DNA of 64,000 bases. Origin: Curvularia clavata (Eukaryota). The stretch is from contig CP089274.1 in the NCBI GenBank assembly GCA_023920165.1, positions 1,302,001 through 1,366,000 on the forward strand, written 5' to 3'. Each line of letters opens with the position of its first letter. Position 1 is the stretch's first letter. The position numbers and the translations under genes were made by a program. The notes beneath the pieces were generated by a model that saw nothing but the letters and a program-made list of their open reading frames with translations, made no database searches and was not told the DNA's origin. Shown here in pieces: positions 1-13,000 of the stretch.

Positions 1-265
1 CAACTCTACTGTCCACAATATCTGCCCGAGTCGCTCCGACAACCGGCTGCACAGGTGCAGTTCTGGTTGGCGCCATGCCTAAACAGGCCTAGAGTGCCAT
101 TTCGCGTTCAGAAAAATTGGTGGGGTGTGTATGGATGGGGACATGAGGTGCTCGCTCTGACTACTTTAAAACTTCCGCAAAGTCTATTTATCCTCTCCCA
201 CCCTTCCACCCCTTTGCTTTCTCTTCATCTTTCCCTCTTTGTTTCTTCTCGTCCTACCACACATC

Positions 266-1842
266 ATGTCTAACTACGCGCTTCCAAAGTCCCACCAGGA
301 CGTATGTCACCCCTCATTTCGCAAAACTATGCATTTGGTGCTAACACGCCACAGCTCATGGAGAAGTCTCTGGTGGAAACTGACCAGGAGATCGCCCAGA
401 TCATGGTAAGGACAGTCGTTTACTACGTTCCAAACATTCCATTGACAATTGCCACAGGAGAAGGAAATCCAGCGTCAGCGTGAATCCATCCTCCTGATCG
501 CCTCCGAGAACGTTACCTCCCGCGCCGTTTTCGATGCGCTCGGCTCGCCCATGTCCAACAAGTACTCTGAGGGTTACCCCGGTGCCCGATACTACGGTGG
601 TAACGAGCACATCGACTCAGTCGAGCTGCTCTGCCAGAAGCGTGCCCTCGAGACCTTCCGTCTGGACCCTGAGAAGTGGGGTGTCAACGTCCAGTGCTTG
701 AGTGGTAGCCCAGCAAACCTGCAGGCTTACCAGGCCATCATGAGGCCACACGACAGACTCATGGGTCTTGACCTGCCCCACGGCGGACACTTGAGCCACG
801 GCTACCAAACACCACAAAGGAAGTACGTACTTAGGATCACCTTTATGTGTGGCGAGCGAAGAAACTAACTGCATGCAGGATCTCCGCTGTTTCCACATAC
901 TTCGAGACCTTCCCTTACCGTGTAAACCTTGAGACTGGCCTCATCGACTACGACCAGCTTGAGCAAAACGCCCTCATGTACCGCCCCAAGGTCCTTGTCG
1001 CCGGTACCTCTGCATACTGCCGTGAGATTGACTATGCTCGTATGCGTGAGATTGCCGACAAGGTTGGCTGCTACCTCCTCATGGACATGGCCCACATCTC
1101 TGGTCTTGTTGCTGCTGGCGTCAACAAGTCGCCTTTCGAGTACTGCGACATTGTCACAACCACCACCCACAAGTCTCTCCGTGGACCTCGTGGTGCCATG
1201 ATCTTCTTCCGCAAGGGTGTCCGCAAGACTGACCCCAAGACTGGCAAGGAGACTCTGTACGACCTCGAGGGTCCCATCAACTTCTCCGTTTTCCCTGGTC
1301 ACCAAGGTGGCCCCCACAACCACACCATCACCGCGCTCGCTGTTGCGCTTAAGCAAGCCCAATCTGAGGACTTCAAGTTGTACCAGCAACAGGTTATCAA
1401 GAACGCCAAGGCGCTCGAGGTTGCCTTCAAGTCCATGGGCTACAAGCTCGTAACTGACGGCACCGACAACCACATGGTCCTTCTTGACCTGAAGCCCCTC
1501 GCTCTCGACGGTGCCCGTGTTGAGGCTGTTCTTGAGCAGGTCAACATTGCCTGCAACAAGAACACCACTCCTGGAGACAAGTCGGCTCTCACCCCCATGG
1601 GTATCCGTATTGGAGCCCCCGCCATGACCTCGCGTGGTCTTGGTGAGGAGGACTTCAAGAAGATCGCCAACTACATTGACACTTGCATCAAGCTGTGCAA
1701 GAAGATCCAGAGCGAGCTTCCCACCGAGGCCAACAAGCTCAAGGACTTCAAGAGCAAGGTCGCTTCTGGCCAGGTTCAGGAGATCAATGATCTGAAGAAG
1801 GAGATCGCCGCTTGGGCCGTCACCTTCCCTCTTCCCGTCTAA
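266..1842 (+). CDS. SHM2: Serine hydroxymethyltransferase, cytosolic type (4 exons)
   Basis: ATG 266; GT-AG introns 302-354, 406-457 and about 824-878; motifs [36 protein letters not shown] (PLP lysine); short N-terminus without a presequence. Confidence 0.96.
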
Positions 1843-2262
1843 GGGCTGAGTGGTGTTAAAAAAATTTCAACCATGTGGCGTAAGACGGCGTTTTTTTTCT
1901 GGTATATATGGGTAAAGGTGTTTCAACAAAAAGAATCTGCATGGGAGTGTTCAACAGCTCGTACGATATTTAGGATTGATGATGAATATGATAGGATGTT
2001 GAGATTGGAGGGTTTGTGGTTTAGATATACCAAATGGTCTCCACTTCAAGGGTTTCTCATATGAAGTAGAACACGCTTTTACGCGTAGTGGGCCTAACTT
2101 GGCTCAGTGATAAGATTGCTGCTTAACCAGCGGTCTTTTTCATATGAAGAGAATATTTTGCTGAACAATAAGTTTGATTTCATCTATGCATTCCGGTACA
2201 TGCTCTGCGCGTGCTTCTAAATAGGGGGAAGAATTTATCCAAAGGACGTGGTACTGCCATAT

Positions 2263-3574
2263 CTAAACAGACTGCCACGAAATGCTAAACTTGGCCGAGT
2301 GGTCCCCGCCTGCATACACCGTCTGCTGCGTGCTGCCGCTCGCAACCTGGTCGGCACTCCAATTGGTATTGCCACCAGCAGCAAGCAGCCCGTCAGCGCT
2401 GGTGAAACCCGTTCCCGCACTCACGCTGTTATCGCATGAGAGGGCGCCGCCAACAATGCCACACTTGCCCTTTGAGCTAGACAATGTAAACCCATTGTCG
2501 CCGACTTGCGTGGCGGAGAAAGTCGCACACGTTCCGGTCGTATACCACGTTCCCTTGCTAATAATGCAGCCCTTTTTCGCGCCATTGACCATGACATTAA
2601 GCTGGCCTCGGCCACTGAATGGGGTTCCGGGTGCGGACGTTGGCGCTGGTGAGCCGTTGCCTGCGGTCGTCGTGGTGCTAGGAGGCGAAGAGCCATTTCC
2701 GTTCTTGGGAAGGTACTTGATGCCTGTCTTAGGGCAGGTTGACTTCGTACCATCTGGGTTCGAGGGCACAAATTCACCTGTTTGCACGCTGCCGCGAACG
2801 TCAAAGTGGTACCAGATTTCGTTCAGCGAGCCGGAGCGGCAGCCCAGCGTAACTTCGACATCTGGTCGCTTGGCCTGAATGGCCTTTTGAATGGCGTCAA
2901 AGGTGTAGGTTTGGGTGGTGCTTGGGGTAATGCCTGCTTCCTTGAGCCACTCGTAGCTGGGCAGGGTCTTAAACAGATCGACAGTCTTCTGGAAGAAATC
3001 GACGACTTCCTCGGTGGCTTTATGGTCGGTGTAGCAGTCCGGCTCAAGGGTGGAGATGCAGGTGCCGTGTTTGGCCCACTCGTGGTACCAGAAGGACTCA
3101 TCGTTGCCCTGGTAATCTTTCCAGTAGGTGGACATGTATGAGAGGAGGTCGGTGGCGCCGAAGGAGTTGAGGATGGCGCTGATGTTGGAGTAGGAACGCG
3201 ACGAGTCGCAGTTTGCGTCGTAGCTACCGTCGCAGCGGTCAGGCCTGTGTGAAGTCAGTCAGCAAATATGTACATACACAATCGGGATATTATGCTAAAG
3301 AAACAGTGTAGAAAAGGGAATCGTACCATAGCCCGTGGATTGTCCAGCTATCATCTGGCCCCGTGGCTGGCGAAGCATCCCAGAACTGGGTCTGGAGGAG
3401 CTGGCCTCCAGGTGCGTTGAAACAACATAGATTCTCAACGGCAGTCGTGTTGTGGCAACTCAGTTGGGCATTAGGACAGGCTTGGGTAAAGTCGCCCATG
3501 ACGCGTTTTCCTCCACCGAGGATGATCTGGGCGCCGCCAACGGCCAGCTTGCTTAGAGTCCTGAGAGATGGCAT
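2263..3574 (-). CDS. Ribonuclease T2 family (Rny1-like) with Ser/Thr linker and C-terminal extension (2 exons)
   Basis: CAS I WTIHGLW/PD split by an intron (about 3245-3325); CAS II FWYHEWAKHGTC. Start taken at MPSLRT (3574); an in-frame upstream ATG exists near 3661. Confidence 0.92.
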
Positions 3575-6500
3575 GGTTGGCGTTTCTGCTGCCAGACTTG
3601 CAGAGGTAGCGGCCGCATTATGTATGCCGTCCCTGACTGCATCTACCAGGGAGTCGATCATGGTGTTCCCCTCCGTCTTTGTGGACCTTCTATTACCGGC
3701 AAGGGCACACTGAGTAAATGATAGTTTGGGCGCCTGTGTAACCAAGCTACACCAAGCTTTCTTGTTTTTTGCGGAGCGATCCTCCCGTCACGGCAGGGCT
3801 CTGAATACCCACGCCTTCACGTTGGTGTCGCTGATTCGGCAGGCCGTGAATACGACTTCCTTAATGCGGAAGGTCGGTCGTTTAGTCAACGCGGGTCGCC
3901 GGTATAGTGAGGAAACGCGTCGATGGGTGGAGTCCACGGAGAAGCCGAGATATGTCTCCTGCGCAAACTGACTGGCTGGTTGGGAGGACGTAGAAATGCA
4001 ACTACTGTATGTGAGGGGCGTGTGAAGGGGGGGCCGGAGATGAAGGCTGGGAGGCTGGTGTTTATGTAGAACAGATGAAAGGGTTAAAGAGCACAGCCAG
4101 TCATGGCGCAGGATTAGGCATCACGCTGGGCAGAGGTCACGCAGACACCGGGTCAGGGCTGTGTTTCGAGGCATAAAGTAGTGAAGATCTACCTGCGTGG
4201 AAGCTCTGGGGGCCAGTCAGATGGCGTTTCATGGCGGTGGGCGACGCGAGCACGTGTGACGGCTCGTGGACGATAAGGACGTCGATTGGCAAGCTTGTCG
4301 TTACTTAGGGCGATTGGACCCTGATGTGAGGCTTATCCGCATTATACGCTAACCCCAGCCGAGGCGATCAGGACGGATGTCGGATCGGTATTGCCAGGAC
4401 GCCTCCCCACGATGATGGCTTTTGTCTGCTTGACGTGGTTTCGCATCGCCGAACTGGTGCGATACGATGCCACATGTACGCATGCGTGTTCGGCATCCGG
4501 GACGGAGAGCGGCGCCACTCCGGCTGCCTAGTGGTGTTAGGCCAGTTGCTTTTCTGGTGGCTCTTTGCATCGCCGTATGGTAGCCGAATCGATCATGGCG
4601 CGATCCTCTGGAAAGTCGTTCCCATGGGGGACGTAGAAGCGTCGGGGGTAGGGCTTTTGGTGGTTGGCGGACAGTGCCTGGCGAGCTGGACTGAAAGATC
4701 GTGCCCCTGACCGAGGTCACATGACATTGTTGATCACCTTCGCTCCTTGCGCGCGTGGTATTTACCTGGAAAGATTTGGTCTTTAACATACTATATTTTA
4801 ACTATGCTTTTTCGAGATGCCGTTTGTAGTCGGTTGCATGACCCTTTAGATATGTGATGATTATTCGGACTATATTGCTACGAACACCTCCGTGAGTGTT
4901 ACAGATCTAAAAGGTGATTGCAGTACACACAATTACTGCTTTGGATCCTGAGTAGCTCGATGAATTGTCTTGGAGAATTTTGAGATCTCGGCATTAAGAC
5001 CAAAGTGAGATCAACAGATGTGGCGCATCTCGTACTTACTTTGATGCCATTATCAGTGCCTTTCCAGAGAATGTGTGTGTGTGCATGAAACGGAGGATAG
5101 GAAGAGCCAGCTTAGCAAAAGACTTGTGCAGGTATCTGTTTACTTGAGAACCATATTCATATATCTATCACAGACATATATCTCGAGGCGACCTATCTCC
5201 CTACTAAATTTGGCTCAGGAGACATGCAGGAACAGTAGCTCTATACTTTGAACTACTGGTTCAATGACACACGCTATACGACAGTCAGAGTAGATACACT
5301 CAGTATCAAGGTCATGCAACCTCTCTCTAGTATGCGAACCTACTATATTAAGGGACGTCGTCAGTACCTCAGGGATTGCAATGACGAGGCAAGCCCTGCT
5401 CAATTTCGAAACTAAAGTAAGTTCGACAAGACCTGGTGGCTGAACGCAACTTCACTTTCAAGACGCCAAACCATGCTTACACGTACAAGTGGATAACTCC
5501 TGATTGACCCTTGCATAAGTACGATGAGAAACAGTTTGGCCTAGAATTTCAGTAACTTCCGTGCAGAGTCCATGCACAAAGGACACCGTAAGCTTACTCT
5601 GGTTTCTAATACAAATGTTCATAGACACTATACATAGTGCTGAAGAAAGGGGTACTCCTACTGCTGCAGGAGAACAAGAGCCAGGTAGTAACACATAGTA
5701 CGTACGTACATACTATGCACATGGTGATAGGTTTCGGGCGCATAAAGACTCCGTGTACAGTGCTCCAATTTTGATTATTAACTGGTTGCAATGAGCAGTA
5801 CACAATATTTACTTGTAATAGCCAGAACTTGTGATTTTATGGCTACAGCGTGCAAATTCTATACGAATGCACTACAGATAGGTTGCAGTGGCAAAACGTG
5901 GAAGTTATTTGACGTAAAGTGGTAGGTTTTTGGTCTTCGGACCATAAAGCGCCCGTGCTAGTGGCTGAGAGGTGACCGTTGCTTCCGAACGGGACGCAAC
6001 CCATGGTTTCGTGGATTCGCCGCTGTCCGACATGACACGTTTAGAGTTGGCAGTCAGACAGCATGTCCCCTTTTCTTCTCCATGACCATCGCTGAACTTT
6101 TTACCAGCTGGCGAAACCAATTTTCTTCTGTAGGCTGTATTGTGTTGAGGTAGTACGATGGTGGCAAAGCTGCGCTGTACGATTTAGCCCCTTTCCTCTA
6201 GGACGCCCAGCTAGCATGGAAGGCAAAGAACACGAGAGACGAAAACAAGTGGTTCCATGGTGATCGTAGCCAAGAGGGTGTGGCCAAGCGTCGCCAGCCT
6301 GGTGTTCTATTCTTGTCAGCGGAGGCAACGGGCGAATGGCATTGTTCCTATGAGCAGGACCTGTACAGAAGAGGCAGAACGCTAACCAATGTTCGACAAG
6401 ACGTCTTGGCTTGGGTCTTTGAGTTGAACACAGCCACGTCACCTCCTGCGACTTTGATTTGACATTCATGCGAACACTCCACAGGCCTGGATGGGGCTAC

Positions 6501-6728
6501 TCAGAAATGCAGCCTTGTAACAATCTGTAGCTCCCGCACCGTCTCTGATGGCTCCCCGAATAATACCTAAAGTGTGGGGGCGCCGAGGTTTCTCTTCGTG
6601 TTCGGACCGCAAATGATCTCATGGAGTAACATTAAGGAAAACAGGCCGAGCAAACTGACCACATTCTGCCTCGATAGCGTTGCATGCGTACAGGGACCAT
6701 GACGAGGGTTATGAGATGAGGCTTTTTG

Positions 6729-6736
6729 TATATAAA
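6729..6736 (+). promoter_or_regulatory. TATA box of the PhiA-like gene
   Basis: TATATAAA about 110 bp upstream of ATG 6839, followed by a CA-rich leader. Confidence 0.6.
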
Positions 6737-6838
6737 TCGCCGTTGTCCAACTCGTTCAATTGCACACAACACACACAAACCAAGACATCCAGTCCAATCA
6801 CTTGATCTAATAACCAACCACCACCACCAGCCATCAAC

Positions 6839-7429
6839 ATGAAATTCACTACTGCCGCCCTTGCCTCCAGTGTCGCTGTGCTTGCCGCCGCCAGCCCTTT
6901 CCCCCAAGCTCACATCGCCGAGTCCACCAGTTTCGGACCCTCCAAGCTTATCGCCGAAGCTCCTGGAACCGACTTCGACGGCCTCCCTCTTCAAGCCGCC
7001 CAGGGCGGAATTATCATCGGCGCCGAGAAGCAAAACGCCTCATGCGGCCCTGAGCCCCAGGAATACGCTGTATTCCAACTCAACTCTGCCAGCGAGCTTT
7101 CTCTCTACACCGCCAACCCCATCCAGGTCTTCTACGCTGATGTCTCTGGTATGGGCCAAGGTATTATTCGGTATACCACCGGAGCCCAGCAGCCCAGCCG
7201 CTACGGAGAGCGCAAGGGCTTCACCCTTACCGAGGAAGACAACCTCATCTGGACTTTCCCTGGTTCAAACTACACCAATGGCTTCCAGGCTTGCGGTCCT
7301 GCTCTCGGTGCCAAGTACTCGGTTTGGCTGGATGGTGTAACCAATCCTGCTGGTTACACCAACTGCAAGAAGTTCACAGTTCGTGCTGAGCCCGTTGAGA
7401 ACCCAGTCAAGTGCATGTACACTGAGTAA
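6839..7429 (+). CDS. phiA: Secreted PhiA-like cell wall protein
   Basis: Signal peptide MKFTTAALASSVAVLAAA; motif DVSGMGQGIIRYTTGAQ...ERKGF and 4 Cys, as I recall for PhiA; strong codon bias. Confidence 0.8.
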   Translation: MKFTTAALASSVAVLAAASPFPQAHIAESTSFGPSKLIAEAPGTDFDGLPLQAAQGGIIIGAEKQNASCGPEPQEYAVFQLNSASELSLYTANPIQVFYADVSGMGQGIIRYTTGAQQPSRYGERKGFTLTEEDNLIWTFPGSNYTNGFQACGPALGAKYSVWLDGVTNPAGYTNCKKFTVRAEPVENPVKCMYTE

Positions 7430-8686
7430 ATGCGGTCATTTTCCTCTTTCTGAGAATTGAAGATTTGACAAAGATTGGAAAGTTATTTGTTAATGTATAA
7501 GCATTCTTGTACATAGGCTGTTTTAGGCCTTGGATCGTGGGTTTTTTTGGCGACGCTCAGCATACTTGTAAATACGACATGATAAAATGAATAGACTCAT
7601 AGCCTTGTGCTGATATCTGCGACTTTCCCTTTTTTGTGTTGATTCGTGCTGCATGATGGTTCTGCTGTAAGACGGAGAGCTCGTTCTTTCTTTGGTGTCG
7701 TTGCCGATTACTCTACAAACATCAAGTAGTAGCCGAAGCATCTGGTGTTACTAGAGAGGGGCCAATACTCCCTAGTTAGCAAGGTATCGAGGGTGGATAC
7801 GTTTAAGGGAATTACAATACCCGTTCTCTCGTAAAACCACTAAAACCGAGGAAATCAATCAAAGTGAGCCCACGTACTTTGTGCGACGACAACCTATTCA
7901 TATAAATAATATGTAACTGTGACAACTGCTGCGGCTTTTAAAGGTATAGTTATAAGTATAAATAATAAATGGCTGTGATAATCACAGCTACATTTCATGG
8001 TGGTGGTTGTACTAGAATGCCATTTTTTGGGTTCACAAGTTGTGGGAGAGCCATCTTGTAAGCGTGAAGCGAGCTTTCTGAGTTGTATTCTACAAAAAGG
8101 ACAGAAGCATCAGCTGATAACATCAAGCGTTCTTATCTTATCAAGTATATTGTGGGTCCAGGTCACGAGGAACGTAACCTCAACGCGTCCCTGTCAAAAC
8201 AACACGTCAGAATCCCACTCTCATCACAAGGCAAGAAACGTGTCATGTTTCGAGTTTGAAGTGTATGGGTATTTTCATTGCTTTGAGACGATGAGCGTCA
8301 CGTCGTAGCCATTATCCTCTCTCGATGAAAACGCTGCGAGAAGCTCAGCGCCGGAGGACTAGATAAGATAAGGAAAAAAGAAAGCAGACAGACAGTGACA
8401 ACAGAGAGACAGACATGACGCGCTGAGACGAGAACAAAGAATGCGCCCGAAACGCCCCGCCAACATATGCTCGACAAAAGAAGAGCGAGTGAGAGAAAAG
8501 GAACATCCCAAACCCGTTCCCATAGACCCTACACCCATTGTCCACCCGTAAAACCCAAAGAACTGACTCGAAGACAAAAGGGAATCCGTGAAGAAAGTGT
8601 AGTCTAGCATGTGCTTCGATGCCAGAAGACTGAAGCAGTTCAAAAGGAAAAGAAGATCAGCAGAGACAAGCAAAAGACTCTGGCGT

Positions 8687-10018
8687 TTATGCCTTGGCCT
8701 TTGGTGTGGCCTTCTTGGGCGTTGTCTTCTTCTTGGGTGTGGTGGCCTTCTTAGGCGCGGCAGCCTTCTTTGCTGCAGGCGCCTTCTTCTCCTTCTCTTC
8801 AGTTGCCTTCTTCTTGGGTGCAGCGGTCTTCTTTGCTGCTTTTGCCTTGGGCTCAGCAGCCTTGGTCTTGGTGACACGACCAGACTTGGTCTTGCCGAGA
8901 ACGCGCGACACTTCCTCCTCAACAGCTGGCTTGTCAGCCGCTGTCTTACGAGGCTTGCTGGCGTTGGCCTTGGGCTTGGCGGCCGCCTTGGTGGTAGTGG
9001 CAGCCGCCTTCTTCTTTGGTGCAGCAGCCTTCTTCTTAGGGGCAGCCTTGGTCGTAGTCTCAGTCTCCTGAAAATCGGGTCAGCGAAGTCACCTGAGAAC
9101 ATGAGTATGACACGTACAGTAGCGCTCTCCTCCTTGGTCTCCTCCTTGGCAGCCTTCTTGGGGGCAGCCTTCTTCTTCTCAGTGGTCTTCTTCTCGGTCG
9201 TCTTCTTTTCAGTAGTCTTCTTCTCAGCCTTAGCCTCAGACTTCTTGGAGGCAGCAGCAGGCTTGGCCTCCTTCTTAGCCAGTTTTACTGGTCCAGATGG
9301 GCCTGCGTGGCGTGTCAGTTAACGTTCCAACTCTCAAGTGACAAGCAGGGATCGCATCGATGGCACAAACGCGTCACGGGACGTGTTGTGTGGCAACGTT
9401 AGGCAGCGTGAAGGTAGGCACTCACCCTTGGGACGCGCAAAGTCGCCCTTCTCCTCACCAGAGGCGATGGCGCGGTTGACGTGACCCCTGAAAGTGGTAT
9501 CGCTCACGTTGCCGATTTTGTTGTTGGCTTGGATGTACTTTTGAATGGCTTGACGGCTGTGAGGAAAAGCGTCAGTACAAACTCTTAGACAGGCGCGCCG
9601 AGGCATGACGCGAAGCGAAAGCAACAACAGCACTAAAATGGGTTGACTAACCTGGATCCATTACGCTCCTTAAGCTGTAGTACAGGAAGAACATGTCAGT
9701 AATCAAATCCATTGAACTTTACGGGGTGGGGGTGCGTTGTTGTGTTTTGCGCGACGATGCGCTGGCGTCGCAATCCCCGGTGCGGGGGAACTGGCAATGC
9801 GCCTGGCAGGATAGACTCACATTGATAATGGCATCCTTTACCATGTCTACAGGATAGAGTCAGCATTGATCGGCGACCAGGATGCAACCGGACACGAACG
9901 CGTACAGCAAGTGTTGGTGGTGTGCGGTGGTGTGGAACTTACCAAGGTAGGGAGCATGTGCAGGCGCGGCGGCGGGGGCCTTTGCCTTGGAGGGGGTGGA
10001 AGTTTTCTTGGGAGGCAT
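8687..10018 (-). CDS. hhoA: Linker histone H1 (6 exons)
   Basis: Spliced MPPKK...HAPYL/DMVKDAIIN/LKERNGSS/RQAIQKYIQANN...ARPKG/PSGPVKL globular domain, then a Lys/Ala/Thr-rich tail ending KKATPKAKA; GT-AG introns; TATAAA on the minus strand near 10164-10169. Confidence 0.93.
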
Positions 10019-13000
10019 TGTTGCTATTGATTTGGACTGATTGACAGACGCGTTACGGAAGCTTCAAACAAGAGGCTGAAGACTAAAATCGATAACGAGG
10101 TTGTGGTGGTGGTGCGAGGTTTGCGATCGGGCAAGAGCGCGCGTGCAAGTGGGGGGCGGCCAATTTATAGCACTTCCCAGGAGCTGTGTGATCCAAGTGC
10201 GCTCTTTTTCCCAACCCGCAAAAGTGCGCTAACACTCCATCCCCTTTGCCAACCTGGAGCGCTTCAGGGTGATCTCGTCTCGTTTCTTTGCCATCTTGGA
10301 CTACTGGGCGCTTACCGGCTGGGCGCGTTGCTGCTACGATGGAAGCGCACGCGTTGAACCCCTCTTGTTTCCTTGCTCGGCATGTCTTCTGTCTACCCAT
10401 AAGGTTTTGCCTCGACTCACCGTTGTCAGCCTGCCCAAACTCGGGCGCTTTTGGTTCCATTGTATTTGTGCTAACGGCACTTCATCATAACCATGGTCTG
10501 TTTGTCTTTACTTGGGCGTTGGCTGAAGTTTTGCCCGGGTTGCTGAACTTCTATTGAAAAATGACTGCCCTACATCAAAGTGTTCCGCGTATGAACGCGA
10601 CTTCTAGGCTCCTCTGATTCTTTCTTGATTTCCTCGCCTTTTTCTTTCCAGTCTGAAGACCTTCTACCATCCAAAAAACTTGACTTCAGACTAGTTTTGG
10701 TGGTGTTTGGAGATTCTGCGCGTTGCGTTCCGCTCCCTTCCGTGGTGTTTCGCTTGTGCGCGAAATCACCCCAATTCTTCTACTACAGTACCCCCGGGAA
10801 ACCCATACTCGGGCGGAAAAGACAGATTTCATTATTGCTAAGAAAAAGCAAACCCGCAATATCGCCTGTCTCTTCCTATGTACAGTGCAACCACTTGGTA
10901 ATCGTGTCAAGTCGATGACGTGTCTCTTGGATGTGTCAGGTGGGGGATGGTCACGCGCTCCAGGAGGTAGGTTTGCGCGATGTCGACTGCTAAACCCAGA
11001 GTTGGTGCCAGTCCCTCATTTCTCCTTTGGATAAAGAGCATCTCTTGCTCCATCTTCTTTGATGGTTTTCTTGTGTAAGGGCAACTCTCAAGAAGCACCT
11101 GGTGGTTACGCTGAGCGGACGCGTTGTTTGGAGTTGTTGGCGGGGCTGTGTCTGACACGTCTCGATAACAACAGGTCGCACTGGGCGTATGACAACAAAG
11201 AATTACCTACCCTCTCAATTGTGTATCTGCTATATTTTTCTCCTTTGATCATGTCAACGTGTGTTAGGCGCTGAAGATACGGCAGTGTGAATTCTGTGCT
11301 CGCTCACGAATGTTCTGAATCCGAGTTCGCACTGCTGCCGCCGTTCCCATCGTCACGACAGCAACGTATACCCAATCCTTGCTACACGAATAAAGAGCCA
11401 TAATCAAATACCGCTAACAATTCACCGGAGAAATAGTTTGACTCAAGCAATCTCGAAGTGTTGTTTCTCTTTTCTATCAGTAACTCATGAAACAGTCCAT
11501 ACTGAAGTCGCACACACCTTGCAATCACTGGGCAGCTGCTCAATCCCCAGTTACTTTTTTTGCCCATATACAATGGGAGCTGCAGAATTACAAGGCAAAA
11601 GCTCTTGATGTGTCTCTCCACACTACTGAGCTAATGTTGTATTGTTGCTTAGAGAAGCTGTCTAAGCGTAGCATTAGTAGTAGTTATATATATATTTCTG
11701 CCGTATCTTACTCGTCGAGCATGTTCCGAGCCGACTTTAGCATGTTTCTTTTTTAACAACTTCGATAGTCTGCTGCATTAGAAGATGAATACTTTCTATT
11801 TATTTCTCCCGTTGACCTCTTGATCAAATCATCATGCGTAATTCCGGATGAGAAGGAAAAAAAGTCAAGCTACATTACTACTACTTGCTGGTATGTACTC
11901 TCACTGTTGACAGTCATCTGTATGTTGTAAAAATACTTAAGGTGATTTTGGTTCGCTAGGTATGGGATTGGGCTATTTGTTAAATAATGTCAGATAAACC
12001 TGGCATTATCCACACAATCCGTAACAACAACGACGTATACCAAAAGAAACCCGGTAGTTCGGTTGATTTAGTGACATGAATATCTCAATCGTGTAACGAT
12101 ATTGAATCAATCGTCAGCATATCCATAATGCTGAGTATTGATGATGAGAAACGAAATCGCAGTAAGGATAGCCGACAAGTACCCGGACCTTGAAGGAAAT
12201 GCCGACTAACAGATAGTACGGTAGTCGAAAGATATGCACCGGAAAGTCTTTTCAGACTCGATTTTAGGTATTTTGATAGGAAAGGTTGTGTTATAGAACT
12301 CGGGCCAGCTGTATGAACTAGTAGTTAGGTGGATCTCTGAAAGTCATATGCATAAGTAAATGCTCAAATTACTATCGAATTTCGAGCCCAGATCAACGTG
12401 TTTGCCGTTTTGTATGCTGGCAATGTAAATTCGAAGAGGTGTTTTCATGAGCATATCCTGAATAATATCGACACAAAATTTGGAAAAGGTTAACTAAGAT
12501 GCCTCTGTATCTAAATGACTGGCAAATAGCTACGAGAAAGGCATTAGTTGAACCCCAGATATAATACTCGATATGATAGACATTGCTTGCATGCACCTTC
12601 CGTGCGATGGAAAGTGGAAACAGTAAGTTCCAGTGATCCTGTCATATGTACGCTCTAGAGGAGATACGCTAGAGGAAAAGCTTCTTCATGTAGTCTTGGT
12701 GGCGATTTGAAGAGGTTTTCGACCACTGCCTTTGATTCGTGAGGCTGTGAGGGTTTGTCGTAGGTTGAGTGGCCACCGCGAAGACGACCAAACAAATCAT
12801 GCTTCTCTGCTTCCTCGTGCCAGCCTGAGAGGGTGATGCGGAAATAACTCTTGTTCTGTTGTGAGTGTTGCGCCTTCCTCCTCATGTACTCACCTAATTC
12901 GGAAAGAGTCGAGAAGTCGCACCTACCTGTGTTGCGGAACATATAAGCCTTTTCTCGCTCTGGCCTGTTTATACCATGGTACGTTCATCTCCTTCTCCTG

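Noticed and set aside
4790..5900. AT-richer stretch as a RIP-mutated transposon
   Set aside because: No TIR, LTR or transposase remnant recognisable by eye.
8359..9322. Long alternative-frame and antisense ORFs over histone H1 (similar ones over SHMT, the transporter, SNIP1 and GH47)
   Set aside because: Shadow ORFs produced by codon bias and low complexity of the real genes.
11095..11103. CACCTGGTG, identical to the transposon TIR tip
   Set aside because: The match is only 9 bp with no further TIR similarity or partner end; likely chance.
10914..11170. Weak inverted repeat (GACGTGTC / GACACGTC) suggesting a MITE
   Set aside because: Only an 8-bp core, imperfect flanks and no TSD.
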